Below, in pieces: positions 62,833 to 64,000 of a stretch of 64,000 nt of DNA. A program made the translations under genes and the position numbers. Each line of letters begins with the position of its first letter. The stretch's first letter is position 1. The notes under the pieces were generated by a model that was not told where the DNA came from, did not search any database, and worked only from the letters and a program-made list of their open reading frames with translations. The DNA is from Thermoleophilia bacterium (GTDB lineage Bacteria; Actinomycetota; Thermoleophilia; Gaiellales; Gaiellaceae): NCBI GenBank assembly GCA_014534345.1, contig JACVRR010000001.1, positions 3,507 to 67,506 on the forward strand, written 5' to 3'.

Positions 62833-64000
62833 GTGGCACGGTCGCTGCGGGCCCGGCTGCTCGCCGCGATCGGCGTGGTGGCGATCCTCTCGGTCGCCCT
62901 GGCGGTCGCGATCGGCGCCGTGCTGACCCGGCGCGCGGTCGAGCGCAACACGCTGCGCGACCTCAGCGCCCAGGCCGACCTGCTCGCCTCGCGCGAGCGC
63001 GAGGCACTGCTGCCGCTCGGCCGGATCGGCAGCTTGCAGCGCTGGCAGGAGGAACAGGACGTGACGATCGTGCCCGACCTCCCGCTCGACGGATCGTCTC
63101 CCTACCTGACCGTCGAACAGGCCGCGCGCGTGCGGAGCGGCGGCGCGGTGGACGGGACCGTGACCGTGGCGGGGACGCGCTACTTCTTCGCCGCCCGCGA
63201 GGTCCAGGAGAAGGGGTTCGTCCTCCTCCGCCCGACGGAGGTGGTCGCCTCGGCCTGGCGGCCGCAGCTCGAGGGGCTCCTCGTCGGCGCGGCCGCCGCG
63301 ATCGTCCTGGCCGGGCTGGCCGCCTTCCTGCTCGCGCGCGCGATCGCGCAGCCCGTCCGCAGGGTCGCGGACGCGGCCGGGGCGCTCGCGCGCGACGAGT
63401 CGCCGCCTCGGCTGCCCGTGCACGGCTCGCGCGAGCTGGCCCTGCTCGCCCGCTCGTTCAACGAGATGGCCGAGCAGCTCGCCCGCGCGCGCGACGCCGA
63501 ACGGTCGTTCCTCCTCTCCGTCAGCCACGAGCTGAAGACGCCGCTGACCGCGATCCGCGGCTACGCCGAGGGGCTCGGCGAGGGGATGCTCCCGGTCGGC
63601 GAGGCGGCGGAGACGATCCGGCGGGAGGCGGAGCGCCTGGAGCGGCTCGTCCGCGACCTGCTCGACCTCGGCCGGATGCGCAAACGGGAGTTCACCGTCC
63701 GCCGCGAGCCGATCGACCTCGCCGACGTCGCTCGTGACGCCGTACGGCGTCACGAGCAGCAGGCGCGGGCATTTGGCGTCGCGCTCGAGGCGGCAGGCCC
63801 CGCGTCCGCGCCGGCGATCGCCGACGCCGAGCGCGTGCTGCAGGTGATCTCGAACCTCGTCGAGAACGCCATCCGCCTTACTCCCGCCGGGGGACGCGTC
63901 CGGGTCGCAGCCGACGGTGGCGCGATCAGCGTCGAGGACACGGGCCCCGGGCTCGCCCGCGAGGACCTGCCGCGTGCGTTCGAGCGGTTCTACCTCTACT
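62833..64000 (+). CDS. membrane sensor histidine kinase (HAMP, HisKA, HATPase_c), partial at the window end
   Basis: GTG at 62833. It has two TM segments flanking a ~140-aa extracytoplasmic loop and a HAMP domain. The H-box is SHELKTPLTAIRGY, the N-box is NLVENAIR and the G1 box is DTGPGL. The frame is still open at position 64000. Confidence 0.85.
   Translation, partial: MARSLRARLLAAIGVVAILSVALAVAIGAVLTRRAVERNTLRDLSAQADLLASREREALLPLGRIGSLQRWQEEQDVTIVPDLPLDGSSPYLTVEQAARVRSGGAVDGTVTVAGTRYFFAAREVQEKGFVLLRPTEVVASAWRPQLEGLLVGAAAAIVLAGLAAFLLARAIAQPVRRVADAAGALARDESPPRLPVHGSRELALLARSFNEMAEQLARARDAERSFLLSVSHELKTPLTAIRGYAEGLGEGMLPVGEAAETIRREAERLERLVRDLLDLGRMRKREFTVRREPIDLADVARDAVRRHEQQARAFGVALEAAGPASAPAIADAERVLQVISNLVENAIRLTPAGGRVRVAADGGAISVEDTGPGLAREDLPRAFERFYLY

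Noticed and set aside
58585-62951. Long minus-strand ORFs 58585..60195, 60352..62106 and 61401..62951
   Set aside because: They are antisense to the MFS, Rieske, repeat-protein and OmpR genes. Their translations are Arg/Asp/Glu/Gly-rich and low complexity, with no motifs.

Overview
Very GC-rich (by eye about 70% or more) chromosomal segment of actinobacterial type. The gene content resembles Thermoleophilia or Solirubrobacterales-like Actinomycetota, but that placement is inference only. I can support about 65 protein-coding genes and found no rRNA, tRNA, CRISPR array, transposase or integrase. Main blocks, in order: (1) 1-6.9 kb: an NrtR-like Nudix regulator translationally coupled to two MDR/quinone-oxidoreductase paralogs, then a divergent TetR gene flanked by two modules of a 62-63 aa sORF plus an MDR oxidoreductase, one of which is frameshifted. 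(2) 7-21 kb: a BNR/Asp-box secreted protein, a zinc-ribbon/class III cyclase/STAND ATPase/TPR protein, a glycerol-1-phosphate dehydrogenase plus nucleotidyltransferase pair, a lytic transglycosylase, a frameshifted DUF1996 gene, a SARP/NB-ARC/TPR regulator and a cupin. (3) 21-26 kb: a PRTase, vapBC, a standalone 5'-3' exonuclease, a sulfotransferase and an orphan NarL-type response regulator. (4) 26.4-37.2 kb: a complete monoderm-type Tad/Flp pilus locus with a vWA-TadB fusion, a 716-aa Cys-rich TadG-like protein and three flp genes, two of them a recent tandem duplicate each followed by a conserved 60-nt stem-loop. (5) 37.4-45.6 kb: an island for lipid-linked extracytoplasmic glycosylation, with GT2, GtrA, a UPF0104 flippase-like protein, two GT87/DUF2029 genes and two unassigned paralogous polytopic membrane proteins. 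(6) 45.7-48.2 kb: an RR / sensor-less HisKA_3 kinase / unannotated 54-aa zinc-ribbon / RR operon. (7) 48.3-55.8 kb: a CUT1 sugar ABC operon whose first permease carries a Cna-B/SdrD-like insertion, followed by a His-box membrane domain fused to a parallel beta-helix and by a DUF4032 kinase-like gene. (8) 56-64 kb: VOC, a frameshifted SnoaL-like gene, a CbbX-like AAA+ ATPase, MarR-MFS, a Rieske oxygenase, a secreted tandem-repeat protein and an OmpR/HK pair. The items most worth follow-up are the non-canonical Tad locus with its adjacent glycosylation island, a ~65-nt intergenic element present twice with a compensatory arm swap in its hairpin, the His-box/beta-helix fusion, the paralogous sORF-MDR modules, and the sensor-less kinase plus zinc-ribbon operon. 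All calls come from manual motif reading of the supplied translations and sequence. No database search was run.
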